NCBI GenBank assembly: GCA_002897655.1
Contig: BDTJ01000031.1
Location: 19,497 to 83,496, forward strand
Length of the DNA: 64,000 nucleotides
From: an archaeon BMS3Abin17
Lineage (GTDB): Archaea; Nanobdellota; Nanobdellia; Pacearchaeales; GW2011-AR1
Reading direction: 5' to 3'
In this document: positions 26,201 to 35,220 of the stretch, piece after piece
Numbering within the stretch: the first letter of the stretch is position 1
How the letters are laid out: every line of letters begins with the position of its first letter
Notes under the pieces: model-generated
Seen by the model: the letters and a program-made list of their open reading frames with translations, nothing else
The model's database searches: none
What the model was told of the DNA's origin: nothing
Translations under genes and position numbers: made by a program

Positions 26201-27168
26201 ACTTTTGCATACACTCTGGACCAGACACAACTGCAGCATGGATTCAAAAACACGAACCAAATAAAGAATCATACATAGGATATAATCAAACAGAAAGTCC
26301 TCTTAAGATTTATTTAAATGAGCCTGCAGAATGTAAATATGATACAGAAGATAAAGATTATGATTTAATGCAAAATACAATGAGTTGCAGAACAGGTTTA
26401 AATGATGCAGAAGGTTATGGATGGCCATGTAACACTACACTAACAAACTTAAATGAAAGTGAAAATAAATTTTATATAAAGTGTAAAGATAAAACATGGG
26501 TTCAAACTCAAGAAGATATAGATCAATATGGAGAAAGAAATGTTAATACAAATGGATATGAATATAGTTTATATGGTTCTGATAGCCAACTAAAAATTGG
26601 TTCAGTAACTTTAACAGACGGAGAAAAAAGAACAATCAAAGAAGGAGAAACACTTGAGATTGGATTTGAACCTGTTTCAGTTGATTTAAAAGTTGAAACA
26701 TTTGGAGGAGCATTGAATGGTGAGGCAAGATGTTCATATAGTTTTGTAAGTTTTAATAACACTATCCAATTTTATACAACTTATTCAGATTATCACAAAC
26801 AAAACTTTAATTTAATGATGAGTGGAACAAAAGATGTTTATATTGAATGTGAAGATGAAGCAGGGAATATTGCAAAGGATAGTGCAAGATTTACAATAGA
26901 TGTTGATTCCAGCCCTCCAAAAGTTGTTAGAATTTATAATGATGGAAATTATTTAAAGATAATCACAGATGAAGGGGCAAAGTGTTATTATGATTTTGAC
27001 AAGTGTAATTTTAATATTAATAATGCTACTTCAATGACAACTGGCTTATCAACAGAACACAAAGCAGAATGGATTACTGGGAAAACTTATAATATTAAAT
27101 GTGAAGATTATTGGGATAATACAAATCCAACATGTGCAATAAAGATTACTCCAGATTATTTTGGATAA
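23287..27168 (+). CDS. Giant Cys-rich membrane/surface protein (module A; alternative start at 23365)
   Basis: 1293 aa. N-terminal TM segment. Extracellular Cys-rich region (GCCIDDEQGLC, RGCCILGNNAKFVT, CGNCNYNLGSTC). Central Gly/Ala-rich multi-TM segment. Conserved FNCYPWEAPTGGNDCHLCN...CSEYRCESLGQAC. Repeated beta-domain units with EC/AQCKY motifs. Confidence 0.75.
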   Translation: MKIGNFQILVCRNDTNTQRGVNKYRKMKIKTKIEFIVLIVAIIQILLLINFTVANSYMINQVHSSIENTKIDEGENDITDLINTGISLLIGFLSIKQIGVVSAGSDAHWDCCPLTVDGAICQDISSEDVNSCAVNVFPYQSCDENTVTDCKKGCCIDDEQGLCTESSTKVKCENDGGRWDDDDNCGITECQRGCCILGNNAKFVTSGQCEYQASSLGYELDFRDINNEIDCLYLSVSEETGACVYSEGDCNIKTETECASNGGVFEKNWLCSHPDLGTICERHASVNCVEDEDEIYWFDSCGNKENIYSSDKDASWNNGKMLSKGESCGSGNANIDSTTCGNCNYNLGSTCSDVNLGTSIQDGNFVCKDLGCFDEEGNERYNGESWCVYDNSIGEVTSFWGDNFASDPVGSRHWRVYCYDGEVVTEGCSDYRGEICTQYDMEDNGKTYSVAECTTNDAFTCLNYNQDEEEMEEKCKDNSHCMIKSVDVDEYFKFNLCVGKYPRGFDLSGNENSENRVLCGMASMTCTVVKLREWDGEWGCESNCECEDAEFAQKMNNLCVSLGDCGSYINYVGEGTDNIGVLGGSESALWTDYKKYKKPISGKYANPQSAEYILGFLGTSVNEYDDSSNGTITTLSMLGTITGGLGSAIVGAGVLGLFGATATATAPASTGLLGAGGLAAYPTLQAFGAAGIGLAIGMLVGYLISNMLGISGTPATIITIAAGITGALVGLFLLEKVAWIIPVVGAIVTVIIILWSWLSGWGDVEEKDIEFNCYPWEAPTGGNDCHLCNEDESKPCSEYRCESLGQACVLLNERTDKPICESVPNDHTSPVISSGEIYNYTNALNNPVEELQIDPTYDFLNEESKYVELRKNDSECIDEWTPVLFTLSTDEYAQCKYSYERDYTNFEDMKEYPNDDNTYNKNHTFVFFMPSLDALEVNNVSGDLKERFGNTNIYTRCRDYHDNYNVEEHVVNFCIHSGPDTTAAWIQKHEPNKESYIGYNQTESPLKIYLNEPAECKYDTEDKDYDLMQNTMSCRTGLNDAEGYGWPCNTTLTNLNESENKFYIKCKDKTWVQTQEDIDQYGERNVNTNGYEYSLYGSDSQLKIGSVTLTDGEKRTIKEGETLEIGFEPVSVDLKVETFGGALNGEARCSYSFVSFNNTIQFYTTYSDYHKQNFNLMMSGTKDVYIECEDEAGNIAKDSARFTIDVDSSPPKVVRIYNDGNYLKIITDEGAKCYYDFDKCNFNINNATSMTTGLSTEHKAEWITGKTYNIKCEDYWDNTNPTCAIKITPDYFG

Positions 27169-27172
27169 AGAA

Positions 27173-27493
27173 TTATTTTACAATCTCTACTTCATCTTTG
27201 TATAACTTTTTAGTTTTTCCATCTAATTTATAAGTAAAATTTCCTTCATCATCTTTTTTTAACACCCAAAAAGCATATCCTTCATCATCCAGAAAACAAA
27301 GCCAATTTTTTCCTCTTTTTGTTATCTTGTTCTTACAAGGAACATGTTCATAAGTAGATAGTCTATCGCGCCTTTCATTATACTTCTGTACAGCATACAT
27401 CGATAAACACCCTTGTGAAAATAACATAGTAGTAGCTAAAGCTACAGTCCCGAAAATTTTTCCAATTCCTAATTTATTCTTTATACTTTTCAT
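27173..27493 (-). CDS. Small lipoprotein-like protein (hypothetical)
   Basis: The N-terminal hydrophobic segment ends in SQGC (lipobox-like). 106 aa. Opposite strand, between the two modules. Confidence 0.45.
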   Translation of the reverse strand: MKSIKNKLGIGKIFGTVALATTMLFSQGCLSMYAVQKYNERRDRLSTYEHVPCKNKITKRGKNWLCFLDDEGYAFWVLKKDDEGNFTYKLDGKTKKLYKDEVEIVK

Positions 27494-27708
27494 ATATTTA
27501 ATATAGTGAACAGGTATTTAAACCTTTCTATATTTGTAATTGGATAGTGACAACATTTCAGGAGTATATTGTAATCATGCGCCAAATCTAAGATATTTGA
27601 TATGGAGGGCAGAACCTTCTGATAATTCTCTTAAAATATATTCAAAAATACCCTATAATAATCTATAATTTTGATTTGGGATAAATTTATTAACCAAAAA
27701 TTCCTAAT

Positions 27709-28527
27709 TTGAGTATGTTAAAGAGGGGTGGTGAAAAAGGGCAAGTTACAATATTTATAATTGTTGCAATATTAATTGTCATTATGGGAATTTTAATCTA
27801 TATGTTTTATCCGCAGATTAAAGCAAGTCTTGGAGGGGGTGTGGAAAACCCGGGTTCTTATATTCAAACATGCATAGGGGAAGAAATTCAAACTGCAGTT
27901 GATACATTATCTTCTCAAGGGGGAAGCATAAATCCAGAACATTATATACTATACCAAGACACAAAGATAGAATATTTATGCTATACAGGAGAATATTATC
28001 TAACATGTGTTGTTCAACAGCCAATGCTGAAAAATCATATTGAAAGCGAGATTGAGAGTGAAATTAGAGACGAGGTAAAAACCTGTTTTGATAATCTAAA
28101 AGAAAGTTATGAAAAAAAAGGCTATTCAGTTAATCTGAGAAAAGAAGAGATGGATGTTGAATTGCTTCCAAAAAGAATTGTGACTACATTTAATTATTCT
28201 CTTGCATTGAAAAAAGGAGATGATTCTCAAACATATAAGACATTTAGAGTAGTTTTGGACAATAATCTTTATGAATTAGTGAGTATTGCTAACAGCATAA
28301 TAAGCTGGGAAACAAAATACGGTGATGCAGAAACAACTACCTACATGAATTATTACCATGACTTAAAAGTTGAGAAGAAAAAACAGTCTGATGGCTCAAC
28401 AATTTATATTTTGACTGACAGAAACACAGGAGATAAATTCCAGTTTGCATCAAGAAGTGTTGCATGGCCTCCTGGTTATGGAGCAAGTGGAGTAGTCATG
28501 ACATCATATGCAACACAGGGAAGTTAA
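27709..28527 (+). CDS. Pilin-like protein with a class III signal peptide; module B partner
   Basis: MSMLKRGGEKGQVTIFIIVAILIVIMGILIYMF. Paralogue of 22509..23285. Confidence 0.7.
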   Translation: MSMLKRGGEKGQVTIFIIVAILIVIMGILIYMFYPQIKASLGGGVENPGSYIQTCIGEEIQTAVDTLSSQGGSINPEHYILYQDTKIEYLCYTGEYYLTCVVQQPMLKNHIESEIESEIRDEVKTCFDNLKESYEKKGYSVNLRKEEMDVELLPKRIVTTFNYSLALKKGDDSQTYKTFRVVLDNNLYELVSIANSIISWETKYGDAETTTYMNYYHDLKVEKKKQSDGSTIYILTDRNTGDKFQFASRSVAWPPGYGASGVVMTSYATQGS

Positions 28528-28528
28528 G

Positions 28529-28861
28529 ATGAAGAACAAAATAAATTCAAAGAAAATAATAAAATCAAAAATGTTAAGTAAAAAGGATATTATTAAAAAA
28601 ATAGAGAAGAACAAGGACAAGCTAAAAGAAAAAAGTATCAAAAAAATTGGAGTATTTGGAAGCTATATAAAAAATAAACAAAATAAAAAAAGTGATATTG
28701 ATATTTTAGTGGAATTTAAGAAACCGACATTTGACAACTATGCAGAAGTAATCATGTTGCTGGAAAAAGTGTTAAGGGGGAAGATAGACTTAATTACTAA
28801 AAAAAGCTTAAGACCTGAATTAAAACATGTAAAAAATGAGGTACAATATGCGAGATTATAA
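28529..28861 (+). CDS. Orphan minimal nucleotidyltransferase (MNT antitoxin-type)
   Basis: IGVFGSYIKNKQNKKSDIDILVEF NTase motif. The ORF track start is 28508; Met at 28529 follows the upstream stop. Confidence 0.75.
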   Translation: MKNKINSKKIIKSKMLSKKDIIKKIEKNKDKLKEKSIKKIGVFGSYIKNKQNKKSDIDILVEFKKPTFDNYAEVIMLLEKVLRGKIDLITKKSLRPELKHVKNEVQYARL

Positions 28862-28895
28862 GCTTTACTTGAAAGATATTTTAACTGCTATAAAT

Positions 28896-30446
28896 ATGAA
28901 AAAATCAATTAAAATAATTATAAGTTTAAGCATATTCTTAAGTATCTTAATTAGTCTGCTTCCATTAACAACTCCTGTTGGAGAGGTTTCATCTTGTTGT
29001 GAGAAAACAATTAGTGGGGCATGGTGTCAGAATTCTGAAGAGAGTAATTGCGACGATGAATACAGAAGCACCCCCACATCTTGTGAGGCAACTTCATTCT
29101 GTAAATTAGGGGTTTGCTATGATAGTAACGAAGGAACCTGTATGGAGAATACTCCTGAAAAAATTTGTGAAGAAGAAGGAGGGGTTTGGGAAGACTCAGA
29201 ACTTGACGAGGTTGAGCAGTGTATATTAGGATGTTGCTTGGTTGGAGATCAAGCAGCTTTTGTAACACAAACAAGATGTACAAAATTATCTTCTTTATAT
29301 GGATTAGAAACTAATTTTAGAACAGACATAACAAATGAGATGGAGTGTATTGCAAGTGCAGAGCCAGATGTAATGGGTGCTTGTGTTTACGAAGAGGAGT
29401 TTACAAATACTTGCAAGTTTATAACAAAAAAAGAGTGCCAGGATATTGAAGATGCGGAATTTCATGAAGATTATCTATGCTCTGATGAAAGTTTAGGGAC
29501 TATTTGCGGACCAAGTGAAAAGACTACTTGTGTTGAAGGAGAAGACCAGGTTTATTTTTTAGATACATGCGGTAATTTAGCAAATATATATGATGCGGAT
29601 AAAATTGAGGATGATTCTTACTGGTCAAAGGTTGTGAGTATAGCAGATAGTTGTGGATATGGAAGCGGCAATGCAGACTCTGCAACCTGTGGAAACTGTG
29701 ATTATTTTTTAGGAAGCACCTGTAAAAAATATAAAAGCAGTGAAGACAAAGTAAAGCCAAATTACGGGGATAATATTTGCAGAGATTTAAGTTGTGAATA
29801 CGAAGGACAAACTTATGAGCATGGAGAAACCTGGTGTGCAGCTGCCGAGGGTATTAAGGTTATAACTAGTTCTACTCAAAGTGATAGTCCATTAAGATAC
29901 AATGTTCCTGGAAGCAGATATACAAGATTAGTCTGTTATGATAATGAAGTAATGGTTGAATCATGTGCTGATTACAGAGCAGAAATCTGTTATCAATCAG
30001 ATGTTAATGGGTTTAAAGCATCTAGTTGTATTGTAAACATGTGGCATGATTGTTATGGTGTGACAAAACAGGAAGATTGTGAAAATACAGCTCAAAGAGA
30101 TTGTGAATGGGTTTCTAAATATTGTATACTAAAGGATGGGGAAGGAGAATGTCTTGCAGAAGCTGGTGCTTGTATCCCAAGATTTGCTCCTGGATTTGAT
30201 TTCTGGAATACAGAAGGAGATGCAGCTACTACCTGCTCTTATGCAAATACAGAATGTGTTGTTACATATAAAAATGGAGAGTGTGAAGAGAATTGTGATT
30301 GTCTGGGGGGTTCATGGGCTCAAGCACAAAATAGTTTTTGTTCTTCACTAGGTGATTGTGGAAGTAGTGTTAATTACATAAACAAAAAAGGATACAATGA
30401 TATTGATGTAATAATAAAAAGTGCTGAAGAAGAGGGAGGAGTATAA
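28896..30446 (+). CDS. Cys-rich surface protein, equivalent to the N-terminal half of the module A giant
   Basis: Cys pattern collinear with residues ~100-560 of 23287..27168. The track ORF starts at 28836, but its first 20 codons (MRYNMRDYKLYLKDILTAIN) look like a DUF86/HEPN N-terminus remnant. MKKSIKIIISLSIFL is the likely signal peptide. Confidence 0.7.
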   Translation: MKKSIKIIISLSIFLSILISLLPLTTPVGEVSSCCEKTISGAWCQNSEESNCDDEYRSTPTSCEATSFCKLGVCYDSNEGTCMENTPEKICEEEGGVWEDSELDEVEQCILGCCLVGDQAAFVTQTRCTKLSSLYGLETNFRTDITNEMECIASAEPDVMGACVYEEEFTNTCKFITKKECQDIEDAEFHEDYLCSDESLGTICGPSEKTTCVEGEDQVYFLDTCGNLANIYDADKIEDDSYWSKVVSIADSCGYGSGNADSATCGNCDYFLGSTCKKYKSSEDKVKPNYGDNICRDLSCEYEGQTYEHGETWCAAAEGIKVITSSTQSDSPLRYNVPGSRYTRLVCYDNEVMVESCADYRAEICYQSDVNGFKASSCIVNMWHDCYGVTKQEDCENTAQRDCEWVSKYCILKDGEGECLAEAGACIPRFAPGFDFWNTEGDAATTCSYANTECVVTYKNGECEENCDCLGGSWAQAQNSFCSSLGDCGSSVNYINKKGYNDIDVIIKSAEEEGGV

Positions 30447-30447
30447 A

Positions 30448-32985
30448 ATGCAAAAGAGGTTAAACACAAGTAAATCAAAGATTTCCTGCACCACGAAATC
30501 TCAGGCTGTGCCTACAACGAGAATCACAGATTCTCGAGCATGCCAACTTCAAGAAAAGAAAGGAAGTTGTCATACGCATAGACATATGAGCAATAATTTC
30601 GTTGGCAAAAAAGGTGCACTGGCATTAAGCCAGATAATCATATTGCTAGTTGGAATCTTTGCTTTTACCTGGAGTATTGGAATTGTTAGTGGTGGTGCTA
30701 TGCCGGAAGAGAATCCTCTAGAAAATCTTGTGTGTGAAAGTTGTCCCCAATCTTCAAGTTCTAATATCCCCACAAGTACAGGAAAAAATACAGCGACAAC
30801 TATAACAAGTGGATACACCCCGGCACAACTTGAGAAGGCTATAAAAAAGGCTACAGAGAGTGTTGGAGAAGAAATTAACAATTTAAATAAAGAAATTGCA
30901 GGATTGGAAGAAGCAGGCACAACATCAACTGAAAAAATTAGTGAATTAGGATCACAACTAACTAATAAAGAAAAAGAGCTTGCTAATCTACAAGCATGTG
31001 TAAAAGATTCTGGTGGTGCCGGATGTAAGGATGTTATAGAAAAAGGAACTACCTCAAAAGGTGGAAGCTCAACCTTATCTGAATGGTTAGGCATAGAGAA
31101 GCTCCCAGAAGGGCAAACAGCAGAATTTTGGACTTGGCAGCAAGGAGGATTTGCAGATGGAATTATTTCAGGAGCACAATACGGACTTATGACTTATGGG
31201 GCTGTTAAAATGCTTGGACCAATGTTAGGACTTGATGAAGAAGAAACAGATGCAGCATCTGTTTCATTAGGTGCAGGAGTTGGTGTGGGAAAATTAATCT
31301 ACACTTTACTTGGTAAGGGAGGTGCTCTAAGTGGAGAAGGAACTATGAATACTATCTTAAAATTTGGAGGAAAATTAAGTTCAGGGTTATCAAGTGTTCT
31401 TTGGGGGGCAATAGTAGCATACATATTATGGAAGATGCTTTATGAAGAAGTTGAATATGATTTAGTCACATTTACATGCGAGCCATGGGAAGCACCTGTT
31501 GGAGGGAGTTATTGTGAAGAGTGTAACAATCAGGGAATCTTGCCTTGCTCAGAATATCAATGCCGTTCACTTGGACAGGCTTGTGAATTATTAAACCAAG
31601 GAACAGATGAAGAAGCATGTACATGGGTAAATAGATATGATGTTGAATATCCTATAATAGAGCCATGGCAGGATGCATTACTTGATAGTTATGATTATAC
31701 CCCTGACAATACTATTTCACCTCCAGATAGGGGTGTGAAAATTGTTTATACAGATTCAGAGGATAATTGCATACCTGCATTCTCTGCATTTAGTTTTGGA
31801 GTAACTGTAAATGAACCTGCAAAATGCAAGATTGATTATATAAGGAAAGAAACATTTGATGAAATGGATTTCTGGTTTGGAGGAAATTCTTTATTTAGAT
31901 ATAATCACACACAAACAATGAGTCTTCCTGGTTTAGAATCTCTATCCTCAGATAATTTAACAGTAGAAAATGATGGAGAGTTTACATTATATACAAGATG
32001 TCAGGATGCTAATGGAAATTCTAATACTGCAACTTTTGTATTCAAGTACTGTGTTGATAAAGGGCCAGATACAACCCCCCCAATGATTGTAGACACAAGC
32101 ATAAAAAACAACATGCCTATTGCATACAACACAAGTTCTGTAGATTTAGAAGTTTATGTAAATGAACCATCAGAGTGTAAATGGAGCCACACAGACCAAT
32201 CTTATGATAACATGGAAGAGCAAATGTCTTGCTCAACTTCAGTAACTGAGATGAATGCCAGGTTATTATACACCTGCACAACAACCCTGACAGGATTAAA
32301 AGACAAGCAGGATAATGACTTTTATTTCAGATGCAAAGACCAACCATCCTCACCTGATGCAGACAGAAATGTAAATACAGAATCTTATGAATTTGTGATA
32401 ATTGGAACCCAGCCATTAGTTATTGATGAAGCCGGACCTAATGAAACAATAAAAGACTCAACAGACAGTGTCAAGGTAACCCTGACAGCAGAAACATCTG
32501 CAGGATATAATGAAGGAGATGCAACCTGCTATTATAGTGAGACAGATTATGATGACGATTACATAATGTTCTTTTATGAAGAAGGAACAAGCTCATACAC
32601 ACATGCTCAGGATTTATGGTTAGGTGAAGGGGATTATTTCTATTACATAAAATGTATTGACTTAGGTGGAAACATGGACAAGGCAAATGTCTCATTTAGT
32701 GTTGATTCTGATACAGATTCTCCTGTAATTGTAAGGGCATATCATGAAGATGAGTATCTAAAACTAATAACAGACGAGACAGCAGAGTGTGTTTATGATA
32801 CAACAAGCTGCAGTTATGATTTTGAAGATGGGATAAAGCTGACTACTTATGATGATGTTGAGCACTATACAGAATGGAATACAGAAGTAGATTTGTTTGT
32901 AAAATGCCAGGATGAATTCGGCAACCAGCCATTGCCTAATGCCTGCAGTATTATCGCGCGTCCTTTTGAAATCTTTGAAGAGTGA
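30448..32985 (+). CDS. Membrane/surface protein, equivalent to the C-terminal half of the module A giant (alternative start at 30586)
   Basis: Conserved FTCEPWEAPVGGSYCEECN...CSEYQCRSLGQAC and beta-domain repeats collinear with 23287..27168. MSNNFVGKKGALALSQIIILLVGIF at 30586 is a class-III-like signal. Confidence 0.7.
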   Translation: MQKRLNTSKSKISCTTKSQAVPTTRITDSRACQLQEKKGSCHTHRHMSNNFVGKKGALALSQIIILLVGIFAFTWSIGIVSGGAMPEENPLENLVCESCPQSSSSNIPTSTGKNTATTITSGYTPAQLEKAIKKATESVGEEINNLNKEIAGLEEAGTTSTEKISELGSQLTNKEKELANLQACVKDSGGAGCKDVIEKGTTSKGGSSTLSEWLGIEKLPEGQTAEFWTWQQGGFADGIISGAQYGLMTYGAVKMLGPMLGLDEEETDAASVSLGAGVGVGKLIYTLLGKGGALSGEGTMNTILKFGGKLSSGLSSVLWGAIVAYILWKMLYEEVEYDLVTFTCEPWEAPVGGSYCEECNNQGILPCSEYQCRSLGQACELLNQGTDEEACTWVNRYDVEYPIIEPWQDALLDSYDYTPDNTISPPDRGVKIVYTDSEDNCIPAFSAFSFGVTVNEPAKCKIDYIRKETFDEMDFWFGGNSLFRYNHTQTMSLPGLESLSSDNLTVENDGEFTLYTRCQDANGNSNTATFVFKYCVDKGPDTTPPMIVDTSIKNNMPIAYNTSSVDLEVYVNEPSECKWSHTDQSYDNMEEQMSCSTSVTEMNARLLYTCTTTLTGLKDKQDNDFYFRCKDQPSSPDADRNVNTESYEFVIIGTQPLVIDEAGPNETIKDSTDSVKVTLTAETSAGYNEGDATCYYSETDYDDDYIMFFYEEGTSSYTHAQDLWLGEGDYFYYIKCIDLGGNMDKANVSFSVDSDTDSPVIVRAYHEDEYLKLITDETAECVYDTTSCSYDFEDGIKLTTYDDVEHYTEWNTEVDLFVKCQDEFGNQPLPNACSIIARPFEIFEE

Positions 32986-33035
32986 AAAATCTAAAGAGAT
33001 AGTCTCATAGCTTTGTAAGAAAAAATTAGAATTAT

Positions 33036-34064
33036 TTAAATTACTCCTGATTCATCAATACTAAAAGTATTTTCTTCAGAATTAATTGTTACATTTACTC
33101 CTAGAGGCAAAGTTATTATCGGATCTGTATGCCCTATATCTACATTAATTAATATTGGAAAATTATACTCTTTAAGATGTTCCTTAATAATTTCTTCAAA
33201 TTGTGTTTTTTCCTCGTCTGAATAACCAAAAGGCCTTCCAACAATTAATCCTTTAATCTTGTTAAAAATCCCTTTATTCTTTAAATCAACTATTTGTGCT
33301 TCAACATAAGGAATTGGTTCTCCTTTAGTAAAATCCTTCCCTTCAGGAGTTTCTATAAATAATATTTTATCTGTATAGTCTAAGTCAATATCAGTTCCTA
33401 TTAAATAAGCTATTGAATGAAGACATCCTCCAACAATATTTGCTTTAGCACTACCTGGTTTTAACCATTTATAACCAGAATTCTTCCCTAATTTACGGGA
33501 TCTTGTTAAATCTAATTTTTGAAACCAATCTAATAATTCACTTGTCCATTCTTCTGATGGCTCAATCTTTCCAAGAGTTCTTCCTTCAACAAGAGTATTA
33601 ATAAAAGAATTCTTTGTATATTCTAATACATCAGGAAACTCTCCAAACTGGGTGATTGCGCAAGGTCCATAAAAAGTAACTAATTCTGCTTTCTTCTGGA
33701 ATGCATAGTGTAGAATAGTTGTGTCAGAATAACCAACAAATATTTTTGGATTTTCTTTTATTATATTGTAATCTATCTTAGAAATAAGCTGATTATTTGA
33801 AATTCCACCAGTAGCACAGATTATCGCCTTAACTTTTTTATCTAAGAACGCATCATGTATATCTTTAATCCTTTCACCAATAGTTCCAGCATTACCATTA
33901 TCATTCAATTTTGTTGTGGGAAATAATTTAACCTTAAAACCTAAATTCTCTAGATTTTTTTTTGCAGCCTCTAATCTGTGTGGAACTAGACTAGCAAGAC
34001 TTCCTGATGGAGCAATAATCCCAATAGTATCTCCAATCTCTAATTTATTTGGTTTAGTTAACAT
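33036..34064 (-). CDS. S66-family serine peptidase (LD-carboxypeptidase / MccF-like)
   Basis: The Ser-Glu-His triad contexts are all present: FVGYSDTTILH, LFIETPEG and VDIGHTDPIITLPLG. Confidence 0.8.
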   Translation of the reverse strand: MLTKPNKLEIGDTIGIIAPSGSLASLVPHRLEAAKKNLENLGFKVKLFPTTKLNDNGNAGTIGERIKDIHDAFLDKKVKAIICATGGISNNQLISKIDYNIIKENPKIFVGYSDTTILHYAFQKKAELVTFYGPCAITQFGEFPDVLEYTKNSFINTLVEGRTLGKIEPSEEWTSELLDWFQKLDLTRSRKLGKNSGYKWLKPGSAKANIVGGCLHSIAYLIGTDIDLDYTDKILFIETPEGKDFTKGEPIPYVEAQIVDLKNKGIFNKIKGLIVGRPFGYSDEEKTQFEEIIKEHLKEYNFPILINVDIGHTDPIITLPLGVNVTINSEENTFSIDESGVI

Positions 34065-35220
34065 TTTTTATATATTTAATTACTTCTTGTGGATTATCAA
34101 ATCTAGCCTCTTTATTTAATTTCCTGTCATTTATCGAGATTCCTGATTTAGAAACAATTATCTTAATAGGTATTCCAAGAAAATCAGATAATTCGGCTTT
34201 TTCTTTTCTCTTTATCCTTTTTCTATCATCATATAACACTCTAGATCCAGATTCATTTAATCCTTGGTATATCTTATTTGCTAAGCTATTAGAAGCTTGA
34301 GAATCAACATCAAATAACAATACACTGCTATCAAAAGGCCTAATCTGCTTAGGTAAATTAAATCCTTGATTGTCTCTAGATGAATCAAATGCTGTATATA
34401 ATACTCGTTCAAGCCCTATTGCATATGTCCCAACAACAGGCTTTATTTCTTCGTTTCCTGAAGAAATTAATGAGACTTTATTGACAGAAGGCATAAACTC
34501 ATACCCCATAGATAAACTTAATGCCTTAACCCTTCCTTCTGAATCATCTAGCACCAGATTATCTCCTTCCTCTCCCTCATAAAAGTATTCTAAATCAAAA
34601 TCAAGGTGCGAACCTCTTCTATTTTCTCCGCCCAAACAAAGCCTTACAGGAATATTTAAATCTCCAAATATAGATTCTGAAATATGCTTATAGGCTTCTA
34701 AAGATTCATTAAAAGATACTCTATCTTTATCTAAAGATAGCATCATGACTACTTCAAATTCTCTGCATTTTAAAATACCTTTTGGATCTTTTATAGGCCT
34801 TAAAATGTCTTTATTTGTAAATAATTTTAAAGGCAAAGCTTTATGTGAGATTTTATCTCTCGATAAATAATCTAATATTTCTGCCTCATGTGTGGTTAAA
34901 AGCATATACTTTTCCATAGGTTCAGGAACCATAACAAATTTCTTCTTAAAAGTTTCTTCAATCTTCTCACCTTGATTTAATAAATCTCTTCTCATAAAAC
35001 TAGGCATTTTAATTTTCAAAGCTCCAACTTCACTGTGTTTTCTCATTACCATGTTTCTAACATTGGAAAGAATAATGTCTCCTATTGGGGGATAATAAGG
35101 TAATCCAGGATTTTTATAATCTACAATAAATCCCAAATCTATTAACTCAGATGTTTTCTTATCCATAATCCCCTTTGGAATTCTCATTAAATTTTGAAGG
35201 GGTAGGCTACTGAGTCTCAT
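34054..35220 (-). CDS. Divergent class IIa aminoacyl-tRNA-synthetase-like protein (ProRS-like core plus HGTP anticodon-binding-type domain)
   Basis: Motif 2-like ILRPIKDPKGILKCREFEVV, motif 3-like GTYAIGLERVLYTAF, TTHEAEIL (compare PTSEE). C-terminal alpha/beta domain (VLLFDVD...GIPIKIIVS). Only 388 aa, with no Zn/C-terminal domain. Confidence 0.6.
   Translation of the reverse strand: MRLSSLPLQNLMRIPKGIMDKKTSELIDLGFIVDYKNPGLPYYPPIGDIILSNVRNMVMRKHSEVGALKIKMPSFMRRDLLNQGEKIEETFKKKFVMVPEPMEKYMLLTTHEAEILDYLSRDKISHKALPLKLFTNKDILRPIKDPKGILKCREFEVVMMLSLDKDRVSFNESLEAYKHISESIFGDLNIPVRLCLGGENRRGSHLDFDLEYFYEGEEGDNLVLDDSEGRVKALSLSMGYEFMPSVNKVSLISSGNEEIKPVVGTYAIGLERVLYTAFDSSRDNQGFNLPKQIRPFDSSVLLFDVDSQASNSLANKIYQGLNESGSRVLYDDRKRIKRKEKAELSDFLGIPIKIIVSKSGISINDRKLNKEARFDNPQEVIKYIKNVN

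Noticed and set aside
34054-35220. Calling the 388-aa class IIa protein the housekeeping prolyl-tRNA synthetase (proS)
   Set aside because: Motif 2 is atypical, the C-terminal Zn-binding domain of archaeal ProRS is missing and the protein is about 90 aa short. Without the rest of the genome I cannot exclude the assignment, so I report it as ProRS-like and give no gene symbol.
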